This document shows, one piece after another, positions 11,065 to 21,315 of a stretch of 64,000 nucleotides of DNA; position 1 is the stretch's first letter; every line of letters starts with the position of its first letter. Where the stretch lies: positions 5,379 to 69,378 of the forward strand of contig CACDIK010000004.1 of NCBI GenBank assembly GCA_902553005.1, given 5' to 3'. The translations under genes and the position numbers were made by a program. Under the pieces are notes generated by a model. The model had not been told where the DNA came from, searched no databases, and worked only from the letters and a program-made list of their open reading frames with translations. Source of the DNA: an uncultured Alphaproteobacteria bacterium (GTDB taxonomy: Bacteria > Pseudomonadota > Alphaproteobacteria > HIMB59 > GCA-002718135).

Positions 11065-11835
11065 TTAAAATTTAATTTTATATCCTTTACGAAACATAAA
11101 ATAGCATAATAAAATTAATATAATATTAATAATTATTAAGAAGATTGATCCTTGGATTAAAGAACTGTCAGAAGTACCTGTAAAAGCATATCTAAAACCA
11201 TCAATGTTATAGAAGAATGGATTAAATGAGGAAATTTTCTGCCAAAACTCAGGAAGTCTAGAAATTGAATAGAATGTTCCTGATAAAAAAGTAAGAGGCA
11301 GGACAATAAAGTTAGTTATACCTTGTTGTTGATCCCATTTATCTGCCCAAATACCAACGATTGTTCCTAAAGTACCCATCATAGTGCATCCCATTAATGT
11401 GAAAAATAACAACGCCATATAAGAGTGTATATAAAGAGGTACAAATATCATAACTCCTAAAGTTGTTACTATACCGCATACAACACCCCTACAAACTGAA
11501 CCTATAATAAATCCAAACGCTAATTCAACATTGTTTAATGGGGCCATTAATATATCTACGATATTTCCTTGAAATTTTGATTGACCAATACTTGATGCTG
11601 AATTAGCAAAAGAGTTTTGTAACATAGTCATCATTATTAGACCAGGAGCAATAAAATAAGGAAGATCAATACCATTTATAGAATTTACAGATCTTCCTAG
11701 GGCTAAGCTAAAAACAGCTAAGAATAATAAAGAGCTTATAGCTGGTCCAATAACAGTTTGAATCCCAACTTTTAAGAACCTAAATACTTCTTTTTTAACT
11801 AATGTAAGAAAACAAAGAAAATTATAATTAAGCAT
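11065..11835 (-). CDS. ABC-2 type transporter permease
   Basis: 256 aa six-TM protein with the ABC-2 (YadH/NodJ-like) layout. No cognate ATPase gene is adjacent. Confidence 0.7.
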   Translation of the reverse strand: MLNYNFLCFLTLVKKEVFRFLKVGIQTVIGPAISSLLFLAVFSLALGRSVNSINGIDLPYFIAPGLIMMTMLQNSFANSASSIGQSKFQGNIVDILMAPLNNVELAFGFIIGSVCRGVVCGIVTTLGVMIFVPLYIHSYMALLFFTLMGCTMMGTLGTIVGIWADKWDQQQGITNFIVLPLTFLSGTFYSISRLPEFWQKISSFNPFFYNIDGFRYAFTGTSDSSLIQGSIFLIIINIILILLCYFMFRKGYKIKF

Positions 11836-11868
11836 ATTAGGAGTTTTCTTTTAATATATTTAAATAAT

Positions 11869-12354
11869 TTGTATATTAGTTTAGTGGACGAAAAAAAACT
11901 CTTAAAATATGCGGTTGATTACTTAAGTAAATACGATTCCTCAAAAAATAATTTAGTTAGTGTACTTAAAAGAAAAATTTTAAGATTAAATGTAACAAAT
12001 TTTGAGAAAAAAAAACTAATAGACATTATCGAAAATATAATTTTACAATTAGAAAAAAATAAATTTATTGATGATGATAGATATAGCTCAACGAAAATTA
12101 TTTCTTTATCAAATTCTGGAAGATCTAAGAATTTTATTTTTAATTACTTGATAAAAAAAGGAGTGAGTAAATCTCAAATTCAAAATAATTTCAATTTAAT
12201 GCAACAAGATAACGATAATTGGGAATTAGAGTCAGCAAAAATATTTACTAAGAAAAAGAAATTGTTAGAAAAAAACGAAAGCTATGAAAAAAAATTAGCA
12301 AAAATGGCAAGAGCTGGGTTTAGCTACGATATATGTAAGAAAATATTAGGCTAA
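11869..12354 (+). CDS. recX: RecX-like regulatory protein (TTG start)
   Basis: 161 aa, helical and basic, with the repeated three-helix pattern of RecX (..LKYAVDYLSKYDSSKNNL...LAKMARAGFSYDICKKIL). The assignment is by eye. Confidence 0.5.
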   Translation: MYISLVDEKKLLKYAVDYLSKYDSSKNNLVSVLKRKILRLNVTNFEKKKLIDIIENIILQLEKNKFIDDDRYSSTKIISLSNSGRSKNFIFNYLIKKGVSKSQIQNNFNLMQQDNDNWELESAKIFTKKKKLLEKNESYEKKLAKMARAGFSYDICKKILG

Positions 12355-13355
12355 CTTTCCTTAATATGAATCTTACCTTCTAATAATCTAGCAATCTGCT
12401 TAGTTGTTTCAAATCTTTCAAATGAAATTCTGATGATTGCAGTCAAAGGTGCTGCAAGAAGAACTCCAATAAACCCCCAAATCATTCCCCAGAAAATTAA
12501 GGATAAAATAATCGTAATTGGATGTAATCCAAAACTCTCACCAAAAATTTTAGGTTCTACAAAATTTCCTATAATTTGATGTATAATTGTAGGTAAAACA
12601 ATGATTAATACAACAAGTGTAGGATCATTGTATTGAAGAAAAGCTATTGGTAGTGGTAGTAAAACAGCAATTACAGATCCAATAACTGGGATAAAGTTTA
12701 AAATGAATGTTAAGCTACCAAAAATAAAGGCTAATTCTAAACCCAAAAACCAATAAATTAATCCGGCAGCAATACCCGTAAAAGCTGATGTTAAAAATTT
12801 TGTAAAAATATATTTTTTTACTAATCTAATAATGTCATTCCACTCATCAGAGGTATTCTTAGGAGGAGTGCCAAGTAATAAAAAAAGAGTAATTATTATA
12901 ACTAAGAGAAACTTTGAAATAAAATTCGCGCTATTACTTAATATAGTTGCAGCCCAATTAGTAATGGGCAAGTCTGCAATTGTTTTTCTAATTGTTTCTC
13001 TATCAATATCAATTTCAAATTCTTGAAGCTGTATTATGACTGCCTCTATTAGAATAATTACCTTTTGATTATAATCATCGGCTGACTCTAAAAATGTTGC
13101 AACTGAAGAAACAATAAAAGGCACAATAATTGAAAATAATAGTACAATTAAACAAATACTTATAAAAACTGCAATAAATCTATGAACGCGAAGATTAATA
13201 GTCTGAAAATCAATTATTGGATCAATTAAAATTCTTAAAAGAAGTGCTAATACAAACGGGACCATTATAGGTTGAGAGAAATTTAAAATAAATGCAACAG
13301 CAATACTAGCTAAAATAAAAAGAGAGCCAGAAATTACACGATTACTTTCGTTCAT
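12351..13355 (-). CDS. AI-2E (PerM/UPF0118) family transporter
   Basis: 334 aa polytopic protein. The conserved C-terminal region ...FVEPKIFGESFGLHPITIILSLIFWGMIWGFIGVLLAAPLTA... matches this family. Confidence 0.75.
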   Translation of the reverse strand: MNESNRVISGSLFILASIAVAFILNFSQPIMVPFVLALLLRILIDPIIDFQTINLRVHRFIAVFISICLIVLLFSIIVPFIVSSVATFLESADDYNQKVIILIEAVIIQLQEFEIDIDRETIRKTIADLPITNWAATILSNSANFISKFLLVIIITLFLLLGTPPKNTSDEWNDIIRLVKKYIFTKFLTSAFTGIAAGLIYWFLGLELAFIFGSLTFILNFIPVIGSVIAVLLPLPIAFLQYNDPTLVVLIIVLPTIIHQIIGNFVEPKIFGESFGLHPITIILSLIFWGMIWGFIGVLLAAPLTAIIRISFERFETTKQIARLLEGKIHIKES

Positions 13356-14491
13356 TATTTTTTAGTAGATTGAGGATTAAAAATCTCAGTTTTTTCGTCA
13401 GATAATTTTTCAACATAAAGTGATTGGCTTGGAAACGCAAAACCTGCTTCGTTATTTTCAACAATTTCAATTATTTTTACGGCAAGAGTTTCTTTAATTT
13501 TTAAAAATTCAGCCCAATCATTCGTAACAGTAAATGTTTGTACTAACATATCTATAGAGCTATCAGAAAAACTATCTATTCTAACATAGAAGCTGGCATT
13601 TTGATTTTTTGCAAATTTGTCATCTTTCTCAATTAATGTATTTATCTCATCTCTAATTTTTTTTAATTGATCAATTGTTGTTCTGTACTCTAATCCAATT
13701 AACCATCTTATACGTCTATGATGTCTTCTTGTATAATTAGTAACGGACTGCTCAGCAAATTTATAATTTGGTACCATAACTGGTGTTGAATCAAATCTTC
13801 TAACAAGTGTAGATCTAAAACCAATTTGCTCAACAACTCCTTCAACTTCTCCAGAAACTAATATTACATCGCCTACAGTAAACCTTTTTTCCATTAGAAT
13901 CATAATACCGCTAATTAAATTTTTAAATAAATCTTGAGCACCAAGTGCCACTGCTACACCAAACAAACCTAATCCAGCAATCACGGGACCTACTCGTATT
14001 CCCCACAATTCTAATATTGCAACAGCCCCAAGAACAATTACAAGGATTTTTAATCCTTTTAGAGTCCAATCGACTAATGGTTTAGAAATTTTTGACTCAA
14101 AGTTTTTTATTACAAATGAAAATGGTATAATTAATTGATGTAGTAACCAGAATATAAAAATTGTAATTAGAGATCTGTTTAGTAAATCTAAAAAATCTTG
14201 ATTATTTTCAGAAATATCTAAATATGAAGAAGCTATAAAAAAACCAATAACAACAGGTAAAAATTTTAATGGTCCATCAAGTACTTCAATAACAGCGTCA
14301 TCAATTTGATTAGAAGTTCTTGAAACAATTCTTGATAATCGATTAAGAATAAATCTAGCAATAAGTCTTCTGAGTAAATAAAAAAGTAAAAAAATTACAA
14401 GACTTACTATGATATCTGTAGCATTTATGCCAAAAACACCATTATTCCAAACATCTAAAAAAAGGTTGGTAAAGCTATTGAATGATTCCAT
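13355..14491 (-). CDS. Small-conductance mechanosensitive channel (MscS family)
   Basis: 378 aa. TM3/beta-domain pattern ...GLGLFGVAVALGAQDLFKNLISGIMILMEKRFTVGDVI... Confidence 0.8.
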   Translation of the reverse strand: MESFNSFTNLFLDVWNNGVFGINATDIIVSLVIFLLFYLLRRLIARFILNRLSRIVSRTSNQIDDAVIEVLDGPLKFLPVVIGFFIASSYLDISENNQDFLDLLNRSLITIFIFWLLHQLIIPFSFVIKNFESKISKPLVDWTLKGLKILVIVLGAVAILELWGIRVGPVIAGLGLFGVAVALGAQDLFKNLISGIMILMEKRFTVGDVILVSGEVEGVVEQIGFRSTLVRRFDSTPVMVPNYKFAEQSVTNYTRRHHRRIRWLIGLEYRTTIDQLKKIRDEINTLIEKDDKFAKNQNASFYVRIDSFSDSSIDMLVQTFTVTNDWAEFLKIKETLAVKIIEIVENNEAGFAFPSQSLYVEKLSDEKTEIFNPQSTKK

Positions 14492-14517
14492 AAGCGATAT
14501 ATTTAATACTCACTAAC

Positions 14518-15054
14518 ATGAAAATTAAATTTTTACTTGTTTTTTTGATTATGCTTAACTTAATGAATACACTATTAGCTAATGAAACAGTGAATTTATA
14601 CGATTTTTCATTTGAAGATATAGATGGCAAACAGGTAAATTTAGAGAAATTTAATGGTAAGCCAATTTTAATTGTGAATACAGCTTCAAGATGTGGTTTT
14701 ACTCCACAGTATGCTGACCTTCAAAATTTATTTTTGAACTATAAAAATAGCGATTTAACAATAATAGCTACAACAAGCAATTCCTTCAATCAAGAGTATT
14801 TGGACACCGAAGAAATTAAGCAAATATGTTTAGTAAATTATGGTGTAGGTTTTGTTACTTCATCACCAATGGATGTCAAAGGAAGTAATGCTCATCCGAT
14901 CTATGCATGGATTGAGGAAAAGTATAACGAAAAACCAAAGTGGAATTTTTACAAATTTTTATTTGATAGAAATGGTCATCTTATTAAATCTTGGTCTTCT
15001 ATGACTAAACCAGATAGTTCAAAAATTACCAATCAAATTGATCTTTTAATCTAA
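14518..15054 (+). CDS. Glutathione peroxidase (Cys type)
   Basis: 178 aa. Carries NTASRCGFTPQY and WNFYKFL, both signature GPx motifs. Has an N-terminal signal-like segment. Confidence 0.85.
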   Translation: MKIKFLLVFLIMLNLMNTLLANETVNLYDFSFEDIDGKQVNLEKFNGKPILIVNTASRCGFTPQYADLQNLFLNYKNSDLTIIATTSNSFNQEYLDTEEIKQICLVNYGVGFVTSSPMDVKGSNAHPIYAWIEEKYNEKPKWNFYKFLFDRNGHLIKSWSSMTKPDSSKITNQIDLLI

Positions 15055-15078
15055 AAAAAAGGGCAAATAAATTTGCCC
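15053..15078 (-). terminator. Rho-independent terminator downstream of groEL
   Basis: GC hairpin gggcaa-N6-ttgccc at 15061-15078. On the minus strand it is followed by a run of 8 U. It lies between convergent gpx and groEL. Confidence 0.6.
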
Positions 15079-15105
15079 CTTTCTTAAAAAATATTTACTA
15101 ATTAA

Positions 15106-16803
<1,698 letters not shown>

Positions 16804-17109
16804 TTATTTCTTTTTCTTACCTGAAGTTATAATTCCCATGATGTCAGATTCTTTCATTATCAAAAAATCATCACCATTCATTTTTACTTCAGTACCAGAC
16901 CATTTTCCAAAAAGTATTTTATCTCCTTTTTTGACATCCAAAGGTACTAGTTTTCCTGTTTCATCTCTTGCCCCAGAACCAATTTCTAATACTTCACCTT
17001 CCATTGGTTTTTCTTGAGCAGTATCGGGGATAATTATGCCCCCTGCTGTTTTTTGATCAGAGTCCACTCTTTTAACTAAGACTCTATCATGTAAAGGTCT
17101 AAAATTCAT
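16804..17109 (-). CDS. groS: Co-chaperonin GroES
   Basis: 101 aa. Reads [14 protein letters not shown]....[19 protein letters not shown] and lies directly upstream of groEL. Confidence 0.95.
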   Translation of the reverse strand: MNFRPLHDRVLVKRVDSDQKTAGGIIIPDTAQEKPMEGEVLEIGSGARDETGKLVPLDVKKGDKILFGKWSGTEVKMNGDDFLIMKESDIMGIITSGKKKK

Positions 17110-17151
17110 ATTTCCTCTTTTGTTAACTAATTGAAATTAAAACATTTTTTA

Positions 17152-17178
17152 TTAGCACTCTCTTTATGAGAGTGCTAG
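17152..17178 (-). promoter_or_regulatory. CIRCE operator (HrcA binding site) upstream of groES
   Basis: TTAGCACTC-N9-GAGTGCTAG matches the consensus TTAGCACTC-N9-GAGTGCTAA at 17 of 18 positions. It sits 43 nt upstream of the groES start. Confidence 0.8.
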
Positions 17179-17260
17179 TTATTTAAGCATTATTAAAGTC
17201 TATTCAAGAAGAAAACAAAAAAAAATTTGAATTAATCAAAGTTATGATATTTTAAAAAAA

Positions 17261-18283
17261 ATGGTATTTTTTAATGTTTTTTTAAGAACTCTAGGTTTTT
17301 TATGTGCAGTATTAATTTTTTTAATCATAGTTAATATTTTTCTACATTTTTCTAATGATTTGCAAAAAAAACATTTTGTAATGACCGATGGCATCGAAAG
17401 TTCCAATAATATAATCGCAAAAATCAATTTGAATGGACCAATTTTTAATAATAACAGTAATGTTTTTGGAAACAATCTTTATGATTATATAGACCCTGCT
17501 CAAGTAAAATCTTATTTGGAAGAATTAAAACAGCTTAAAATTAATACGCTAATTATAAATATTAATACACCTGGAGGAACTGTTAGTGCTACGGCTGAGT
17601 TAGAGCAAATAATTTACGAATTTAAGGAAGGCACTAATACTAAAGTATATTTTTTTACAAAAGAAATTTTAGCATCTGGTGGATATTGGGTTGCTACTAC
17701 AGGTGACAAGATATTTGCATCATATGGATCCATTATAGGTAGTATAGGGGTAAGTGGACCAAGTTGGTTTTATTATAATACGCCATTAAGTTTATCTTCT
17801 GGAATCTTTGGTGGATCTATTGAAACTAAAGATGGGATAGAAGTATTTAACCACAATGCTGGAGAAGGTAAGGATTTGTTTAATCCATATAGGCGACCTA
17901 AAAGTAATGAAATTGAACACTTACAAAATATTGTTAATGATGTTTATAATGACTTTGCTGATAAAGTTTCTAAAAGTAGAAAAATTGAAATTTCCAATAT
18001 AAAAAATGATATTGGGGCTTTAATCTATAACAGCAATCAAGCAAAAAATAATTTTTTGGTTGATGATATTTTGAGCTATGAAACACTTCTTGAATTAATC
18101 ATTAAAGAAAACGAATTTGATGATTATAAAATTTACGAAAATAAAATTGTTAATTCCTTTCTAGGAAACTTATTAGCTAAATACAAAGGTCAACCTAGAA
18201 ATAAATATTCTTTCGAAAAAATTTGTAGAAGTTTAAAAACCAATATCAGCGTTGTAATTCCAGTTTATTTGAAAAATTGTTGA
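17261..18283 (+). CDS. sppA: Signal peptide peptidase SppA (36K type, S49)
   Basis: 340 aa. N-terminal TM segment, plus NTPGGTV...ASGGYWVATTGDKIFA...GSIGV serine-protease motifs of family S49. Confidence 0.8.
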   Translation: MVFFNVFLRTLGFLCAVLIFLIIVNIFLHFSNDLQKKHFVMTDGIESSNNIIAKINLNGPIFNNNSNVFGNNLYDYIDPAQVKSYLEELKQLKINTLIININTPGGTVSATAELEQIIYEFKEGTNTKVYFFTKEILASGGYWVATTGDKIFASYGSIIGSIGVSGPSWFYYNTPLSLSSGIFGGSIETKDGIEVFNHNAGEGKDLFNPYRRPKSNEIEHLQNIVNDVYNDFADKVSKSRKIEISNIKNDIGALIYNSNQAKNNFLVDDILSYETLLELIIKENEFDDYKIYENKIVNSFLGNLLAKYKGQPRNKYSFEKICRSLKTNISVVIPVYLKNC

Positions 18284-18284
18284 A

Positions 18285-19307
18285 TTAAATTACTTTACTG
18301 AGATTCTGAATTTTAACAATTAGATTTTTATAGTAATTATTTTGAGATAAAACATTAGTGTGAATATATTTTTTTGCTATAGGTGAATGATTTTTAACAT
18401 CAACTGTATCAGCGATTATTTTATTATGCTTAAGATTATTCATTAGTGCTAAGTTTAAATATCTGTCTTCAAGTGTTTTCTCGTTTTCGTTAAAAGAAGG
18501 AGTTATTTCAAATATTTCTGTTCCGGGTTTACAAAAAATAATATTTGCTAAATTGGAACCATGAGGAGCAATTATCTTTTCAGCGTTTGAAAAAATTTCT
18601 ATCTGCTCTTCTATTTCATATAATTGAGGGTTAATAACTCTGTAACCTCTTTGGATTAAAAGTGTTACAACGTCACCTTCATTGATAATTTTTCTATAAT
18701 TAGAATCTTCTCTGGTAACATATATTTTCTTACTTAACTCTACATTGGTTTTTGGATTTAAAAAATTTTTTAGTATTTCAATAGAATCATTAATATTTAA
18801 AAACTGTGGGAACTCCGATTCTATAAAGTAATAAAAATTATCATCTAGAAAAACAAAAGTGAATTCAATGTTTAGAGATTTTAGAATACTTCCAATGAAA
18901 TTTCTATATTTATTTGATGAGTTTCTATGAATTGCTATTTTCAGATTTGTTTTTTTATTAAAGAAAATTCTTGGAAGAAATTGTATTAAATTTGAGTAAT
19001 AATTATTACCTGCATTTGATCCAAGAATATAAAGGTCTTTAAATCTTTTTAATGATTTTTTATTTTCTTTAAAACTATCAAAAAATTCTTGCGAATAAAA
19101 ATGAGAAGTATTGTTAATATCTCTAGTAAATAATGATGAAAATGTTTTATTATTCTCAGTAATTGGAAAATAATAAAATGAATCAGAATAAAAATTACCT
19201 TTAAGTATATTGCAGTTTATTGATAAATTATTAAAATTTGCATTAGCAAATAAATTTGATAAATTTTTATCACTTTTTATTTTTGTGGAGTTTATATCAA
19301 CTATCAT
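18285..19307 (-). CDS. DUF563/GT61-like glycosyltransferase
   Basis: 340 aa. The C-terminal ...IIAPHGSNLANIIFCKPGTEIFEI... is the characteristic GT61/DUF563 motif. It is not embedded in a polysaccharide cluster. Confidence 0.6.
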   Translation of the reverse strand: MIVDINSTKIKSDKNLSNLFANANFNNLSINCNILKGNFYSDSFYYFPITENNKTFSSLFTRDINNTSHFYSQEFFDSFKENKKSLKRFKDLYILGSNAGNNYYSNLIQFLPRIFFNKKTNLKIAIHRNSSNKYRNFIGSILKSLNIEFTFVFLDDNFYYFIESEFPQFLNINDSIEILKNFLNPKTNVELSKKIYVTREDSNYRKIINEGDVVTLLIQRGYRVINPQLYEIEEQIEIFSNAEKIIAPHGSNLANIIFCKPGTEIFEITPSFNENEKTLEDRYLNLALMNNLKHNKIIADTVDVKNHSPIAKKYIHTNVLSQNNYYKNLIVKIQNLSKVI

Positions 19308-19364
19308 TTTATTATTTTATTAATACAGATTTTGACCAATTTATATAATAACATTTTTTATTTT

Positions 19365-19441
19365 TGGCGCGCCTGAGAAGAGTCGAACTCCTAACCTTAT
19401 GATCCGTAGTCATACGCTCTATCCAATTGAGCTACAGGCGC
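19365..19441 (-). tRNA. tRNA-Arg (anticodon ACG), CCA encoded
   Basis: The reverse complement folds as a cloverleaf: acceptor GCGCCUG/CAGGCGC, D-arm GCUC..GAGC, anticodon arm UAUGA-CUACGGA-UCAUA, T-arm AGGAG-UUCGACU-CUUCU. Confidence 0.9.
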
Positions 19442-19471
19442 TAATAATATTATACACTTTATATAAATCGT

Positions 19472-20059
19472 ATGCTACTTTATAAAAATATTTGCATGCA
19501 GTTTACATTAGTATTCATTTTAATTATAATTTATTGCCAAGTAAGCATTGCAAATATTGGTAAGGAAACTGGCCTAGAAATTCCTAGGTACGTATCTTTA
19601 AAATCTGATGATGCAAATATCCGAGTTGGTCCTAGTAAGAATTATCCTATAGAAATTAAATACATAAAAAAAAATTACCCATTAAAAGTATTAGAAGAGT
19701 ATGAAGAATGGAGAAAAGTAGAAGACTTTAATAGAAATATTGGATGGATTCATAAAAGTTTGATATCCGGTATTAGAACAGGAATTGTCTTATCGAATGA
19801 TAATAAAAATATAAAATTATTAAACACTTTAGACGGTAATGTTATTGGAGAAATAGGAAATGGAAATATTGTTCTTTTGGAAAAATGCAAAATTAATTGG
19901 TGTTTAGTTTCATTAGGAGATTTCGAAGGATGGATGGATAAAAAATATATTTGGGGTGTTAAAGAAAAAGAAATAATTAAAATTAGCATTTTCCAAAGAT
20001 TTGAAGATTTATATTGGAAGAGTATTAATTATCTAAATAAAATTCAAAAAGGAACTTAA
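19472..20059 (+). CDS. Secreted bacterial SH3-domain protein (alphaproteobacterial DUF1058-like)
   Basis: 195 aa. Signal peptide, then two SH3b-like segments (RYVSLKSDDANIRVGPSKNYPI...EWRKVEDFNRNIGWIHKSLISG). Confidence 0.65.
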   Translation: MLLYKNICMQFTLVFILIIIYCQVSIANIGKETGLEIPRYVSLKSDDANIRVGPSKNYPIEIKYIKKNYPLKVLEEYEEWRKVEDFNRNIGWIHKSLISGIRTGIVLSNDNKNIKLLNTLDGNVIGEIGNGNIVLLEKCKINWCLVSLGDFEGWMDKKYIWGVKEKEIIKISIFQRFEDLYWKSINYLNKIQKGT

Positions 20060-20062
20060 AGT

Positions 20063-20137
20063 TGGCTGGGGCGGTAGGATTCGAACCTACGAATGCCGAC
20101 TCCAAAAACCGGTGCCTTACCGCTTGGCGACGCCCCA
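20063..20137 (-). tRNA. tRNA-Gln (anticodon UUG), CCA encoded
   Basis: The reverse complement UGGGGCGUCGCCAAGCGGUAAGGCACCGGUUUUUGGAGUCGG...GUAGGUUCGAAUCCUACCGCCCCAGCCA folds as a cloverleaf. The anticodon loop is UUUUGGA. Confidence 0.9.
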
Positions 20138-20193
20138 TCATTTTATTGATTTCATTTAGTGCATATATATACTTTATGCAAGAATGTTAAATA

Positions 20194-21315
20194 TCACTTG
20201 CCATCAAACATTTTGTAATTAGCTTTTTCTAGCCAATTTTTATTTGGTTCAATCCCCCATCCTGGCTTATCATCAATTGTAATATATCCGTCTTCAACTT
20301 TTGGATAATCATAATATATATTATTCTGCCATGGATAAAAATCTTCACCCTCAATAGAATATTCCAAATATGGTCCAGCATTTTCTATAGCTGCTAATAA
20401 ATGTAAGGTAAAGATTGTAACTAAAGACATATTAGCTGCATGAGGTGTGCAAATCATATTTTTATTAGATGCATATTTTGCAACTCTTAAGGTTCTTTCG
20501 ATCCCACCTAAATATAAAATATCTGGTTGTATTATATTTACAATATTTTCATCTATATATTTTTTAAATATTGTCATACTATTATCTTGTTCGCCACCAG
20601 TTACATTTAATTCTAAACTTTCAGTTACTTTTTTAGTCCATTCGTGCTCCCAATAAGGGCATGGTTCCTCGTAATGAATTATGCCATTACTCTCTAAAAT
20701 TTTCCCAATTTCAATTGCTTTATCAGGAGTATAACAACTGTTAGCATCAACTAACAAGTCAATATTTGCAAAATTTTTTCCCATTAATGAAATAATTTCC
20801 TCTGTACGCCCTTCCCACTCATCTAGATTTCTTCCAACTTCAGAGCCAATTCTAAATTTAAAAGCATTAAAACCACAGTCATCTATCAATTTCTTAAATC
20901 TATCAACTTCATCTGCTGGTGTAATTTGTCTTTTCATGCTTGAACCATAAACTCTTATTTTTTTTGTTTTACAATTACCAATTAAATCACAAACAGGTTT
21001 ATTTATTAATCTCCCATGTAAATCCCAGATAGCAGTATCCAAACCTCCTAATGCTCTACACATATAGGTACCAGGAAACTTGTGTTGCTTATCATAAACA
21101 AGGTCTATTAAATTACCTAAGTCATTTAAATTTGATATGTCAGCTCCAATAACAAAAGGAGCAACTTGACGATATAGTACCTCGGTACTTATATCTGAAT
21201 TATAAGGAGATATTTGTCCCCAGCCAAAGTTATTTGTATTAGTTGTAACTTTTACTAAAGTAACACCCTTAATAAATTTACTATCTGTAAATGTCTCAAT
21301 CTTTGTAATTTTCAT
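20194..21315 (-). CDS. Enolase-superfamily enzyme, mandelate-racemase-subgroup-like (acid-sugar dehydratase or racemase type)
   Basis: 373 aa. Putative metal ligands are LVDAN / YEEP / GGEQD. A strand-6/7 Asp-His dyad context (IIQPD ... CTPHAAN) is typical of the MR subgroup. The alignment is by eye. Confidence 0.75.
   Translation of the reverse strand: MKITKIETFTDSKFIKGVTLVKVTTNTNNFGWGQISPYNSDISTEVLYRQVAPFVIGADISNLNDLGNLIDLVYDKQHKFPGTYMCRALGGLDTAIWDLHGRLINKPVCDLIGNCKTKKIRVYGSSMKRQITPADEVDRFKKLIDDCGFNAFKFRIGSEVGRNLDEWEGRTEEIISLMGKNFANIDLLVDANSCYTPDKAIEIGKILESNGIIHYEEPCPYWEHEWTKKVTESLELNVTGGEQDNSMTIFKKYIDENIVNIIQPDILYLGGIERTLRVAKYASNKNMICTPHAANMSLVTIFTLHLLAAIENAGPYLEYSIEGEDFYPWQNNIYYDYPKVEDGYITIDDKPGWGIEPNKNWLEKANYKMFDGK

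Noticed and set aside
17242-17475. 77-aa minus-strand ORF overlapping the sppA start region
   Set aside because: It is antisense to the well-supported sppA N-terminus and to the groES/sppA promoter region. It is AT-rich and low-complexity, with no RBS or recognisable family.
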